A stretch of DNA of 64,000 bases from the human T2T-CHM13v2.0 reference genome, Homo sapiens: assembly GCF_009914755.1 (NCBI RefSeq), contig NC_060942.1; one strand, given 5' to 3'. Positions within the stretch are counted from its first letter, which is position 1. Every line of letters starts with the position of its first letter. The position numbers and the translations under genes are program-made. Of this stretch, positions 1-28,680 are shown piece by piece. Below the pieces are notes generated by a model, which worked only from the letters and a program-made list of their open reading frames with translations, was not told where the DNA came from and made no database searches.

Positions 1-606
1 TTCTGCTGCCTGGCTGTCAACAAAGTTGTTATTTGAATAAGTCTATCGACATGTTATTCCATCACACTGTGGATGCTCAGCTGGAGACCCTAGCTGTGGA
101 TCCTCTGGTGTAGGGGTGCAGAGAATAGGCTTTGCAGTCATGCACGCTGAATTTGAATTCCTGCTATGCCATTTGTTTAGCTGAGTGACATTGAACAATT
201 TGCTTAAACTCTCTGAATTTCACATTCATCAAAGAATCAGGGCAATAATACCTCCCTTATAGAACTGTTGTGATGATTAAATGAAATGATTTATGGAAGG
301 TACTTAAAACACAGTGATCTCTCAATAAATGCCTGCTATTGTCAAGTATCAGTCTTTCAGATGTTTTTTAAAGGGCCTCATCTTTGTGATCAGTTCAACT
401 GCCTGTGTCTACACTACTGACTTATTCAATGATCTCTCCACTAAAGCCTTCTATTGTTGTCTAACAGTGCACTCTAATAATCTGCAGTCCCAAATTAGTT
501 ATGGTTATTGATAGTGTTGGCCTCTTGAGGGGTATGAGTCCCATGAATATCTAGACCGATGAGGTTGTTCTTTACTACCCTCCCTTACCTCTTAGACAGG
601 GGTTAC

Positions 607-1558
<952 letters not shown>

Positions 1559-1681
1559 TTACCACGTTCCTGATTCCTAAAGGCCCAGGGCAGATTGAAC
1601 CCTAAGTTCAGTTTCTACTCTAGGTGAAATTTTAGGAAACTTCCTGTTGGGACAGGAGTTTGCTTCAAAATCAAGGGCTCT

Positions 1682-2012
<331 letters not shown>

Positions 2013-2169
2013 CTATAAATTAATAACTAGAATTATAGTAATAGTGAATGTCTATTAAGCATGTGTAATGTGCCGGGCACTATGCAAAACACTCTACATG
2101 TATTTAATGTCATTTAACCTCGGGTCCAATAAGGTAGATATTATTATTCCCCTCATTTTGGAGATGTAG

Positions 2170-2574
<405 letters not shown>

Positions 2575-2824
2575 TAGATGTCCTTTTGTAGGGTAATAAT
2601 CTGTTCTTAGAGGTTGCATTCTCTTGAAATGGGTATCTTTTGGATTATCTCTTTTTGCGCTTATTTCTTCAGACTTCAGTACAAAGGCTTGTTTAGATGC
2701 AGTCAGATTGACTTGGTGATGTCTTTCCATAGCACTACCTGTGACGTGTTATGTTTTCAGGCTCAAAATTCTTTTTAACCCAACAGGCTTTGCCATGTGG
2801 TAGGAAAAAAGAATGAGCTACTAC

Positions 2825-3235
2825 CATAGCTAAAACACAGAAGCAACCCAGGTGTTCATCTGATGAATGGATAAGCAAAACATGATCTATACATACCAGG
2901 GAATATTATTCAGCCTTAAAAAGGAAGAAAATTCTGAGATATTTTACAACATGGGTGAACTCTGAGAACATTATTCTAAGCAATAAAGCCAGTCACAGAA
3001 AGACAAATACTATATGGTTCCATTTACAGAAGGTACCTAGAGTCATCAAACTCATAGAGACAGGAAGTGGAATGGTTGCCAGGGACTAGGGCGAGGAGGA
3101 GAGAGTGTGGAGTTAGTGTTTAATGGGCACAGAGTTGCAATTTTACAAGATGAAGAGCTGTGGCGATGGATTGCGGTGATGGCTGCACGTCATGAGTGTA
3201 TTTAATACCACTGAACAGTACACTTAAAAAAGGTT
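2825..3235 (+). mobile_element. Old L1 (L1MB-type) 3' end fragment
   Basis: Typical L1M 3' UTR motifs: GATGAATGGATAAGCAAAA, GCCAGTCACAGAAAGACAAATAC, GGTTGCCAGGG, ACTGAAC..TACACTTAAAAA. Confidence 0.75.
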
Positions 3236-3237
3236 AA

Positions 3238-3480
<243 letters not shown>

Positions 3481-3834
3481 GGTAAGATAATAAATTTTAT
3501 GTGTCTCTCACGGTAAAAAAAAATTTAAGACAAAAAGAATATACTGGGAGTCATGCTGCTTGCTGGCTTGGCCTTGAGCAAACCGAAGGCTGTAGGCAAG
3601 TCCCCCAACCTCTCTGGACTTCCAAATCCTCCCTTGAAAAGCAAGGTCCTCCCCAGCACTTAATCCTGGGAGCTATTCCTCCAGGATCTCCAGCTTTCTC
3701 CCTTTTAAAAATGGAAAGGACCTCCCTAGAGTGATATGTTTTGTAAATTTAATTTTGGGACTTTATTTCTTTTCTCAGAACATGTGTCTTAGAAGATGAA
3801 ACAGAGAACTAAGTTAACTGTCCAAAATGATTCA

Positions 3835-4165
<331 letters not shown>

Positions 4166-6260
4166 CTAAGAAGTCAAATTTTTAGCCTTGCCTGACATAT
4201 CTGACCTCCCTTGACCAAATAATGCAATCTCTGTTGTCCTACTGTCTTGCCTGGAGGACTGAGCTAGATGCAATCAGGTCTTCTGGTGTCCAGATGGTCA
4301 TTGTAACACAATGTCTCTGGCAACCACAAGGAGAAAAATACAACCTTTGAAGCTGAGTCCCAGAAGACAGAATCTTAATTGAGAACAGTAGAAAGAAATC
4401 CATTTCAATAGAAAATTATCCATAGTTTAATGTGGATTTGTCTGTAATTACTCCCAAGGAATTCTTCACTTATCAAAGTCATTGTGCCTAAATTAGATAA
4501 GTCATTTTTCTCAGAGAAACAAGTTGAGAAAGCAGAAGACCACACCCAAATCAGGAATACTTGGCACAGCAGAAGCAGCGTGGGGTGGGGCTGGGGATGG
4601 AGGCAGGTGAGTCTGATGATTCACTCACGACCAGAGCAGGGCTTGTCAAAGCATCGACATCCGCCCTGTCCCTGGGCTCCTGTTTCCTCAGAGCACATAA
4701 TCAGGGGCCTTCAGTTCCAGGTGGTCTGTTTTCCCAATCTACAATGCCTGTTGTAACATCTTATCCCTCTTCCTCTTTCCAATTTCCTCTCCCCTTCCTC
4801 TTGACCATTTCCCCTTCTCCTCTCTCCTCCTCCCCAGTAACCCCTCTGCATAAGCACGCTCACATATAGTTCCATAAAGCCAAATCCAAGACTCAATCTT
4901 TTATTATATGAGAAAACTAAAAACAAGAGTGAAACATCAGAGATTATTTTCCAACATAATAGAATTTTCATATCAGAAGTATATCTAGCAAATCCCTACG
5001 CAAATCTCTGCGTTTGACCATTGAGTCAACAGGCCTGAGGAGCTTTTGTGATTGTCTCCAGTTGATATACAACTAAAGTAGGAATTAAAACCAGGGCTCC
5101 CAATACCCAGACATTCTCCACCACCATCTGATGACAGTAACACCTTAGACATGTATAAAGTCTGCACTGTAGAAGCACACTTTCCCATATGGGACTCAGC
5201 CTAGGCATTAGGCCAGCTGGCTATGTATGACTCCTATTATTACTTATACAAACAATAAGGCTAAGAAAGTGAGTGTCTTCCATTGGGCCACCTGTCTATT
5301 AAGTGGCAGAGGCAGGGCTTGAACTCTGGAGTCTTGGGCCAACTGCTGTCTTCCATTGCATGCTCACACTTGTATTTTAGGGTCAAAGGTGCACACACAA
5401 ATTTATGCATGGCAACAGAAATGATCTGGTTCAAGTAATAAACTCCTAAGTGTGAAGTTAATGCCATAAAATGATTCTGGGAGAGTCTATTTGCTCAGAT
5501 GGTGCTTCCTGGCTCAGCCTGGAAGCATCATGGCCAGTCTGGATACATTCACCCAAAGTCTCCTCTTAAATTTAGTACTTTGTCTTTAGGGCCTAAGTAT
5601 TTCATCTGTTTTATCATCAATCTCATCCTGAAACTCAGGATAGAGCGAGCAGTTGCAGTCTAGGGCAGGAACACCAACAAAGACATGAAATATCTGTCAG
5701 AGTCCATGATTCCTTGAGATCCACAATTGTGATAGCATTCAAATGATACTCAAAGCTGTTAGGAGACCTAGGTTGTAACATGCGTGTTTTCCACTTAGTG
5801 CTATACATATCATAAATGTTTCCACACCCACAAATCTATTTCCATAATGGGTTTTGTAGTAGGTGCATAGGATTCCACCGTAGGTGTGCCCTGTATTGTC
5901 TGTAGCCAATCCTGAGTTGTTGAATTAAGGTTGTCTCAGATTTTTTATGTTACTAACAGAAAACCTCAGTAACATCTAAGTCATTAGTTATGACTCCTTT
6001 CCTATTTGAAGACAATATGAAAAAGTTGGAGTATAGAAGATCAGATTGATGTAGGCTGACATATAGACCTGTATGGTTTCCTCCAAAACACCTTTTCCCC
6101 GGAAAGCTGTTTGTTCAATATTTTGATTGGTGCTGTCTAAAGGGAGCTCTTATTTATGAGAAAAAGAGAAGCTGATTAGTACCCCACTCATGAGCATGCA
6201 TTTATTTAATTAGTCAGTTATGGAATGTTTATTGAACACTGAGTTATGTCCACTGTGCTA

Positions 6261-6473
<213 letters not shown>

Positions 6474-7084
6474 TTAAAGCTCGCAATCTGGTGGATGAGG
6501 TGCTAGTGTACGTTTCAGTCTTCCCTCCTGGAGAATGAGCTGCCCAAAGGCAAGGATGAAGCTGGTCCCCTCTCTGCTCACCTGGCACCTACTTCAGCAA
6601 TCTGTTCCTTGGAGTCCAAGATAAACATTTACTGAAGGGATGAGCACATTTAACTTAAAGTGAATGATTGAAGCCACTTATTTTCCAAAATTGAGAAAAG
6701 AACACAGGGTTATGTGAGAGGGAAGTAACTCAACTTCTTTCCTGCTTTAGAAGAGCCTGAGGTTGAGACTTACTGGGAATTATACAAGAGCATTTCGTCT
6801 CTTGTGTTGGCTTGCTTATTTTTACCTTTTATTTGTTTTGGGTCCCATCCAGTCATGAGATTAGTTACCGGCAACTCAGTTCCTTGTTACTAAAGACTTA
6901 AAGATAACTAATAAAAGTCTTAACAATATTAACATTAAATGATTGTTAATGTATACACCAGGCATGTTATCTATTACTAGTTCCATTAGCTTTAGTATTC
7001 CTAATAACTTTCTTTTATCCATAAGGATTGTCCAAAAGCGAATAATTAGAAGAAAAATTTTATAATTGGCCAACTGAAATTTAA

Positions 7085-7626
<542 letters not shown>

Positions 7627-7790
7627 TGAGAATCCCTGACGTTTTATTCATGTTTTAGAAAAAAGTTTTAAACATCTTCCTTAGGAACAACCTTATAAAC
7701 GTTTTAATTTTCATTTATAGTGAAAGAAACTTGTCTCTCAAGCTTTCTAAAAGTAATTTTGAGAAGTTACTATAAATAACCTAGTTACAG

Positions 7791-8994
<1,204 letters not shown>

Positions 8995-10008
8995 ATGGGG
9001 AGAAAACAGAACAGAAAAACTGGAAACTCTAAAACACAGAGCGCCTCTCCTCCTCCAAAGGAACGCAGTTCCTCACCAGCAACGGAACAAAGCTGGATGG
9101 AGAATGATTTTGACGAGCTGAGAGAAGAAGGCTTCAGACGATCAAATTACTCTGAGCTACGGGAGGACATTCAAACCAAAGGCAAAGAAGTTGAAAACTT
9201 TGAAAAAAATTTAGAAGAATGTATAACTAGAATAACCAATACAGAGAAGTGCTTAAAGGAGCTGATGGAGCTGAAAACCAAGGCTCGAGAACTACGTGAA
9301 GAATGCAGAAGCCTCAGGAGCCGATGCGATCAACTGGAAGAAAGGGTATCAGCGATGGAAGATGAAATGAATGAAATGAAGCGAGAAGGGAAGTTTAGAG
9401 AAAAAAGAATAAAAAGAAATGAGCAAAGCCTCCAAGAAATATGGGACTATGTGAAAAGACCAAATCTACGTCTGATTGGTGCACCTGAAAGTGATGTGGA
9501 GAATGGAACCAAGTTGGAAAACACTCTGCAGAATATTATCCAGGAGAACTTCCCCAATCTAGCAAGGCAGGCCAACGTTCAGATTCAGGAAATACAGAGA
9601 ATGCCACAAAGATACTCCTCGAGAAGAGCAACTCCAAGACACATAATTGTCAGATTTAAAGTTGAAATGAAGGAAAAAATGTTAAGGGCAGCCAGAGAGA
9701 AAGGTCGGGTTACCCTCAAAGGAAAGCCCATCAGACTAACAGCGGATCTCTCGGCAGAAACCCTACAAGCCAGAAGAGAGTGGGGGCCAATATTCAACAT
9801 TCATAAAGAAAAGAATTTTCAACCCAGAATTTCATATCCAGCCAAACTAAGCTTCATAAGTGAAGGAGAAATAAAATACTTTATAGACAAGCAAATGCTG
9901 AGAGATTTTGTCACCACCAGGCCTGCCCTAAAAGAGCTCCTGAAGGAAGCGCTAAATATGGAAAGGAACAACCGGTACCAGCCACTGCAAAATCATGCCA
10001 AAATGTAA
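8995..10008 (+). CDS. L1 ORF1p (coiled coil-RRM-CTD RNA chaperone), 337 aa
   Basis: Near-consensus ORF1p with REKG, ARR and YPAKLS motifs intact. One residue shorter than the 338-aa consensus. Confidence 0.97.
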   Translation: MGRKQNRKTGNSKTQSASPPPKERSSSPATEQSWMENDFDELREEGFRRSNYSELREDIQTKGKEVENFEKNLEECITRITNTEKCLKELMELKTKARELREECRSLRSRCDQLEERVSAMEDEMNEMKREGKFREKRIKRNEQSLQEIWDYVKRPNLRLIGAPESDVENGTKLENTLQNIIQENFPNLARQANVQIQEIQRMPQRYSSRRATPRHIIVRFKVEMKEKMLRAAREKGRVTLKGKPIRLTADLSAETLQARREWGPIFNIHKEKNFQPRISYPAKLSFISEGEIKYFIDKQMLRDFVTTRPALKELLKEALNMERNNRYQPLQNHAKM

Positions 10009-10047
10009 AGACCATCAAGACTAGGAAGAAACTGCATCAACTAATGA

Positions 10048-13899
<3,852 letters not shown>

Positions 13900-14441
13900 A
13901 CAATGAGATCACATGGACACAGGAAGGGGAATATCACACTCTGGGGACTGTGGTGGGGTCGGGGGAGGGGGGAGGGATAGCATTGGGAGATATACCTAAT
14001 GCTAGATGACACGTTAGTGGGTGCAGCGCACCAGCATGGCACATGTATACATATGTAACTAACCTGCACAATGTGCACATGTACCCTAAAACTTAGAGTA
14101 TAATAAAAAAAAAAAAATTAAAAAAAAAAAAAAAAAAAAAACGAAAAACCTAGTTACAGAATTAATTAACATCCAAGCCAGAAGAAAATTAGAATGATAG
14201 ACTCTTAGAGCTAGGAAAAGCTAAGAAATAAAATTCAAGTTCTCCAGGTAGATTGATGTTTGTAATTAAGTTCTGAGCACTCATAAAGTTGGGCATTGAT
14301 AAGGGAGAAAAAAGTTTTGGTCCAATGATAATCAATATACAATTTTCTAGGCACAGATGGGAAACAGCAATGAAAAGATCATAGCTCTTTCAGCCTAGCT
14401 TAGAGAAGGAACTCCATGTGGGAGTTAATAGGGTGAGGGAA

Positions 14442-14958
<517 letters not shown>

Positions 14959-16773
14959 GCAGTGGGTCAAACATTGTCCTGTCCCACCAAACTCAGGTGC
15001 CGGGGCTTTTCCACTCATGTCCAGAAGCTCACCTTCTGTTTCCTGGTACTTACAAGCATTTCAGGCTTTAAAAGAACAATCAATGATTATATCCACACTG
15101 GCAGATGTCAAGACATGAATGACTCAAATGGGCATGAGGACTGCTGTTTTGTAGACCCACATGCCACAGTGAAAACTCTGGCTTTGATGGCTGCTTTTTC
15201 TGTGTAGTTTGCTGTGTTCATTAGCAAAGCAATAGTCCCAAAGAACCTTAAGGCAATAGGAACAAAGAAAAACATCTTTGTCACACCCCCCCAGATTCTC
15301 TGTAGCACAATTGCAAAGCTTAGCAATTCTGGGCCCTGCCTCTGAGAAGCCACACCCAGCCCACCCAGCCTCACATACTTTGACTTAACAATTCTCGCCT
15401 TGTCCCCTTAAAACTTCCTTAGAGGAGGGATGGCACACACCAGCAAATGGCCTTGGAGGGAAGGCTTTTGGAAGATACCTCTTTTAAGAACCTTATTGCA
15501 GAATAATGAGTACATATGCAGCATTTGGGCCACAAGACAAACCACTAAGACAACTGCACCTGTGCCACTATGTTACATGTCACTTGAGAAATGAAATGGG
15601 ACATACCCCCAGCCTTGGGCAGACACAATCTGACACCAAATTGCCAAGTGGCTGGGGTGGCTGTGACTCGGTGGTAGTGCAGGGTGTTGAAACAAGTATT
15701 GAACTAGAACCTAAGGGTCCTTCTTTCTTGATTTGACTTAGCCTCTTTCTAGCTGTGTGAGTTTAGATAAGTTGCATAATCTCTCTGGGTTTTAATGGCT
15801 TTGTCTCTTGAATTAGAAGGTTGGATTATCTCAACACTAGGATCTTTTCCTGTGAAGAAAGAGAAATTCTACACATATTTTGTTGAAAATATATTAACAG
15901 AAGATAGGGTAAGGAAAGGGGAAAGAGTGTGTTCAAGGGAAAAAGATGTTCATTGACATAAATAATGAAATACCCAGGAGGATGAATCATGTCCAGGACA
16001 CTAGAGGAGACAAGAGAAAGGACTAATATTTAGGGATTGAAATAATTAGCTACAGAGCACGTCAGGGTGGTGGGCCAGGGAGTTGAAGGATGTTTAGGGC
16101 AAGCTCTTGGCTTAGTGTAATAGAAGAGGCGGGGAGAAAGGCTGGATGGGATACAGATTTTAATTTCAAACTTCCAAGAGGTTATTACAAACAACTGGAG
16201 AGAAGGTTGTTCTAAATTGTGTTTAATGCGAGTATTCTCTTGTTGGCAGTGATCAGCATTTCCTATAAATACCACTTACATCTTATGGAGTGAAGCTGTG
16301 ACGGGGAACATGTTAGGAGAAGAGGTGAAGAAAGAGCCATGAGGGAAACTTGGAACCTGAGCCCTTGGCATGAAAAATTGGAGAAACTGAGCTCCCCTCC
16401 TTTTATTCTTTTTGGAACTTATGGCAAACAATTGCCTTTTGAATGGCTGTGATCTTATTAGTATACATTTTTGCTTTGCTTTTGAGTATTTAATGTGCTC
16501 TCCAGAGACTGCTTCAAAGCCTTTAAAATACCACTTGCCAATTTCTCCTTCTTTCTAATTAATACCAAGTGGTTACATTCAAACTGAAGTTTCAAGCTGA
16601 TTCAACATAAGCAAAATTAAGTGTAGACTTGAGCTTTGGAGCCGGAATGATCTGAAAATCCCTGCTCCACCACTTGCTAGCTGTATGCCTTAGGAAAATC
16701 ATAGAACCTATCAGAATTTCAAATGTATCTTCTTTAGCATGAGAATTGTTATGATTATTGAGACAACATCTAA

Positions 16774-17636
<863 letters not shown>

Positions 17637-18686
17637 ATTAGCACACACACTTATGTTGGTCACATTGCCAAGGGTGACCACTCACCCTGCTCCACTTTGT
17701 GCCTGCAGATGAAGGCTTGGGTAAGAGCCTCTCCTCAACATCTCAGCTCCTTATGTGGCTCTGGTGGGTGCCTTATGCATTGGCTCGGGCAGTCCCATGT
17801 GCCCGCAATTCCCATTCTTCCCTTCCCACCTCACCCCACTTTGGGGTTCCTCCTAGAGGGTAACTGATGCAGAAACTTTCCCTGACCCTGTCACTTACGG
17901 GTCCTTTCACAATACCCTGTGCACACAACACAGTAAATTTCCCTTGCTGGTTGTATTGCTATTATCTCTTTACATGTTAGTCTCCCTCACTGGTCTGTGT
18001 GTCCTGAGAGCAGGAACATGGTGTCCAGCACATGATAGGCACCCAACACTTACTGAAAGGAAGAATAAAAGTCATCATATCTAAAATGACCTTTTCTCAT
18101 CAAATTGTGTTTCCTCCTTGCTTTCCCATTTTGCTGATACCAGGCGGTTTTTCTAGAAGCTCTCTCTGAAAACCCCAGTAAACCTTCCCTTGCTTCCTAC
18201 TATCGCAAATAGGGTCACATGACAATCTTTGGCCAAGAATGGTGGTCAGAGGCAACATTATGTGACTGCTGAGACACACACTCAATTCTTCAATGCAAGG
18301 TTGTCACCGTTTCCTCAAAAGCACATACCCTTGCATTCAGCTGGGATAGATGTTTAAATTAAAAGTAGGATAGTACCAACAAAAATGGGAATGGATATTG
18401 AGAAGACAACCACAATATCCGGAATATCAATGGCAAAGCAATGGTGATGAGGCATATTCAATTTTGTCTTTGAATACTGTTGCTTTCATATTTCCCTACT
18501 TGATATGACACATTTATGTAATTTTGGTTGGTTTCCTGTCTACCAAGGCTGAAATTAGGGGAAATGTGTGGACACAAATAATATATTGGCCTTGGTGCCA
18601 AGATATTCAGGATACTTGGTTCCAAATGGGATTTGGCAATATTTGTGAAGTGAGAGCATGGAGTTGACAGCCCCCAAGAATTGAAC

Positions 18687-21275
<2,589 letters not shown>

Positions 21276-21651
21276 CTGGTGATGCCTATAAACACAAACA
21301 TCTCCTAACTGGGGAGAAGGTCATGCTGACAGGTTTGCTCCTCCTATATCTTTGATAATGACCCCCATGACTTTTCATGCAAATGGGAAGATGAACTGAG
21401 AGCAGATTTGGAAATGGACATTTAGAGAATGGGGTTGTATTACATGCAATGCTTTGTCGGAACATACTTCTTAGAGTTAAACTTGGAATGTTGCCTTGCC
21501 TTCACCTGACTCTGTGAAACTAATATGAAGTTTCCTAAGGTTATTCGCATCAGGCTGGCCTTCTATCCTCAGTGCTCAAGGAGCCATAGTACTGAAGAAG
21601 AAAGTCCTAGAAACAGAAATATATTTTCACTCCCCTACTCAAAATCTATAA

Positions 21652-22419
<768 letters not shown>

Positions 22420-24189
22420 GATTACAGGCACCATTTCTTCAGCCTTGAATGCCCTCCCTTCACCATCCTTTTTTCAAGCCCACCTTGCACGCTCCCTCCT
22501 CCCCAGCCTGAAACCAACTGTCCTGCCTTGGCCATCTCCTAGTTCTTTGCTTATGTGCATCATGCGCATGTGCCCAGTGCTGAATCTGTGAACAGCAGGC
22601 AGGACTGTGCTTGTGATATCTTCCTTACATTGCTGGAGGTTACTTTTGTTGGAAAAAACCATGGGGAAACCATTTGCACATAGGTAATAACAGTTTTGGA
22701 AATTCTGCTTTATTATTGAGAAAAGTTCTTGATAAGAAAGATTTGTGTGAATCAATGTAGTATTTAATCCACTGGAGCACATTTGTAGGAGAGAGCACTG
22801 ATGAAGATCCCAACTTCTTTTATACTTTCTTTTACTTCACTAGTTTTTTTTTCATGATACTGAAAGGCTTACATTTTTCAATTGCAGCCCCATATATCCA
22901 TTTGTGGGGCACAATGCTGTTACGGGGTAAAAAATGAAGTGCTAATATGTACATCTAGGTTAATTACAAAACATTTCTCCCCTTCCCCTTTTCATATGCC
23001 CCCTTCTGTCTTTTCTATTTGGATTGGCATGGAAGCACGGTGTTTCTGCCAAATTAGTAAGTTGAAATAAAAAAAAAAAATTCTTTTTCAGCCGGAAGAG
23101 TGTCAGTGTTGATCTAGCGGGGAAATGGGTGCTGATTTGTGTCCTGGCAGACCCTCTCACAAAAAAAGAAAAAAGAAAAAAAAAAAAACATCAGGAGTGC
23201 TTGAGGAAACTCCAGCATGAATAAATGGGTTGCTTGATAGTTTAAATAAATGTACTTGCACTAAACTATCTAAATATGGTTGTCTTTTCGAATGAAGCAA
23301 AAGAAGGTCTAGATGGATGAAAACAGAATAATTCCAAGCCTGTTCCAATTCTAACTCTTAGTTGAACACATATACATAGCTGCACACACAGACCATGCAG
23401 TTTTCTACATAGATTATGGCTAATGAGTTTCATAAGAAAGCAGTGAGAATGGCTGGTAATTATTTTGTCACATGTATAGACAGCCAAAGTCCTGATATCT
23501 AGGTCTCTGCAGGAACTTTTCTACCTACATCAATTAATCTCAAGAACTTTTAGCAATTTTTGAATGTTTCTCAATATGGCAGGAGGTCCTGAGCCCAGGA
23601 GCAATTTTTTTCTCTTTTTAAAAATTTATTATGATTATTATTTTAAAATGGGATTTGGCCATGTTGTCCAGGCAGGTCTCGAACTTCTGGGCTCAAGCAA
23701 TCTACCCCACTCGGCCTCCCAAAGTGCTGGGATTATAGGTGTGGGTCACTGCTCCTGGCCAGAGCAATTTCACTGAGCAAAGTTTTACTCTAAGTCCTGA
23801 CAGAGGTGCCCCAGGACCTCAGAGCCTTCTGCTGTATTTGCTTATGAAAAAATAAAGAAAATGGATGAACTCTCAGCCAGGTGTCTTGGGCTGAGGACTT
23901 GAGATATTAAGGGGTTAACCTGAGTGATTAATGGGAGTCGGTGGCACAGCCAACCAGGGAGACAGCAGAGCACTCAGGAGAGAGGTGCCTGGACCTACTC
24001 TGTCACCCAGAGTAGTTAGAGACAACTGTCAAATGTGGAGAGGGCAGGACATGCAAACAAAAGATAGGATTCAGGCCCCCCTCACGACTCCTCAACCCTC
24101 ACTACTTCCTGTGTTGTTTAGAGCAGGGGTCCATTGGTATGTGAGAAGAAAAAATAAAGATTTCTGATTATATTAATATTCTATTTCTT

Positions 24190-24455
24190 ACATTAGGTAC
24201 CTAGAGTAGTCAACTTCATAGAAACAGAAAGTGGAATAGCGGTTACCAGGGGCTGTGTGGAGAGAGGAACATGAAGTTGTTGTTTAACTATAGGGTTTCG
24301 GGTTTACAGGATGAAAACATTCTGAAGATGGCTGATGGTGGTGGCTGTACAACATGAATACACTTAATGCCACCTAACTGTACACTAAAAAATGATTAAA
24401 ATAGTAACTTTTATGTGATGTATAGTTTATGACAATGAAAAATAAATAAGCATAT
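24190..24455 (+). mobile_element. Old L1 (L1MB-type) 3' end
   Basis: AGGTACCTAGAGTAGTCAA..CATAGAAACAGAAAGTGGAAT..GGTTACCAGGGGCTG..TGTACACTAAAAAATG. Confidence 0.7.
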
Positions 24456-24959
24456 AAAAATAAACACTCCTACTCTATCACTTCCCAATAAAGGTGATAT
24501 GTTCACAATGAGTGAGAAAGTAAATATTGTCTGAATGGAATTAATGCTATAAAGTATGAAACTGGATGAATGGTAACAGTTCCACAATCATAGAGTTTTG
24601 TTGTCAAAAATAGTGTGTGACATCTATAAAGTCTCTAATATCTGCATATTTAAAAAACTTGGGAAGAGAATTTCTAGCTTTAACAAATCTTCTATTTTAA
24701 AAATTTCAATCGTTTCAAATCCACAACACAAAAATGCAACACTTTTTCATTAACTTGCAAGATCCAGCTGACTAACATTAGGGAATATTAAAGTTTACTA
24801 GCTGAATTTGACCAAAAGAGCTTTGCATAACTGCTGGATCCAATTAAAAATTAAGTATGATGTTTCAGAAAGTTTAGCCAATGATGCAATTCTTCTATTT
24901 GTGTCTATTTATCATTGTAAGAAATCTTTTTCTATGTAGTCCATTAAAAACCAAGTGTT

Positions 24960-27045
<2,086 letters not shown>

Positions 27046-28618
27046 ATCAAAATATATTAAATTGAGGACCAAACTTGAAAATCATTACATGACAAAGTAT
27101 TAAACCAAGATTTTCATAAATACTGACATTTTGACTATCACATCCCTAAAAATTAACATTACTTATAATTGAAGCAAAAGCAAAAATAATTTTTAATTAA
27201 TAGAGTTATCTTTAAAACATCATTTATTTCATTTTTTTTATCTGTTTAAAACATGTTTTATTGTATCTTCTATAATGCACTCAATATACGAACATTGTCA
27301 TAGATTTTACAATTTATAGATGAATAAACTTACCTATGTTTGGAATACAGAAACATTTTCACAGGAATATGAGGCTAAAAATTGTTTGTGGATCAGTGGT
27401 TAAAGGATATAACTACCATGTCATATAGAAATCAAGCAAGAATGTCTTGGTACAGGTAAGTGATCATGTATAAGTCACCTTGCTTCTCTGAGCCTCATTT
27501 TTCTCATTCATGAAATGGGGACAGTAATACTACCTACTGCTCAAGCTTGTTATTTTGGTCAAATGAGATCATGAATGTGAAAAGCTTCACAGACAGTACA
27601 GTGCCCCATAAAGGTGAGCAGGAATTCAGACTAACGAAGGTGGGGCATCTATGGTACCAATGCTGAAAGCTGCAATGCAAGGTCAGAAAAGGCACAAAGT
27701 GGACAACTGATTGCTAACTGAAGCAACCTAGGGGGCTTTATACTATGGGCCCTTAGTCCCTCCCTGGGCATTCAAGGTGGCAGGAGTCAGACCCAGAATC
27801 CCTTCAGGTCAGCTGGAGCCTTATGAACAGCTGAGGTCATGGAGTCATTGAGTCCTAGAAGCTGGGCCTCAGGTTTCATCTTTGGGTTCAAAACCTTGCT
27901 CTGATCAGTTCACTCAGAAGTATTGGAGTTGGGGGAATGTCCAAACTTGAGAAAATTGATTTATGTGCTGATCTGTTTGCAGTGGAGAGGGGAATACTTG
28001 GCCCACTGGCCAGGACATGCCTTTCCTTATAAGTTTTGCTTGGAGAATGGAAGATTAGAATGCAAAGAGTTGAGATCTTCATCCAGTTGGATATTTTGCC
28101 CGGGGCAGGAACAACTTGCCACTCAAACTGGAGTTCCTCAGTATGCTGGACAGAGGTTCTCTTCTCCGGGTTCCTTGATGGTGACCTCCTCTTTCTGTTA
28201 CCATAACAACACTCCTTGTTCTCCATTTCATCCAGTTCTCACCATGGGTGACAATCCAGCGACAAAGTGTTAACAGAGATGGTGCCTGCTCCTTCTCATA
28301 TCTTTGGAGGCATGTTAATCTCATCAGTAGCGTCTCTAAACCCCACAGCAGGGCCTTTCCTTCTGAAAGGGCTTCAGACCATCTGGACCTGTCTGGGTGA
28401 ATTTCAATAGCTTGAATCTCAGAAGCTATTGCTGTTGTATAGGGCTGTCATTTTAAAAAATTTTTTTAATAATAAAATGATGCTCAGAGGGTGATATTTC
28501 CCCAACTTCGGCGTCATGTCCTCTCTTGACCTTCCCCTCCAGATGTGTCCCGTCTTAACTCTCAGGGCCTTTCTTGAGGCTGTTTGTGTTTCCTCTACAA
28601 TGAGTAAGACCTGATGAT

Positions 28619-28622
28619 TGTG

Positions 28623-28657
<35 letters not shown>

Positions 28658-28680
28658 GCACGCGCGCGTGCACGCGTGCA
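28619..28680. repeat. (TG)n microsatellite ending in a CG/CA alternating palindrome
   Basis: TGTG...TGCACGCGCGCGTGCACGCGTGCA. Confidence 0.95.

Noticed and set aside
14011-14013. Calling the L1 as Ta (hot subfamily) or L1PA2
   Set aside because: Diagnostic trinucleotide is ACG with G at 14096, which is pre-Ta.
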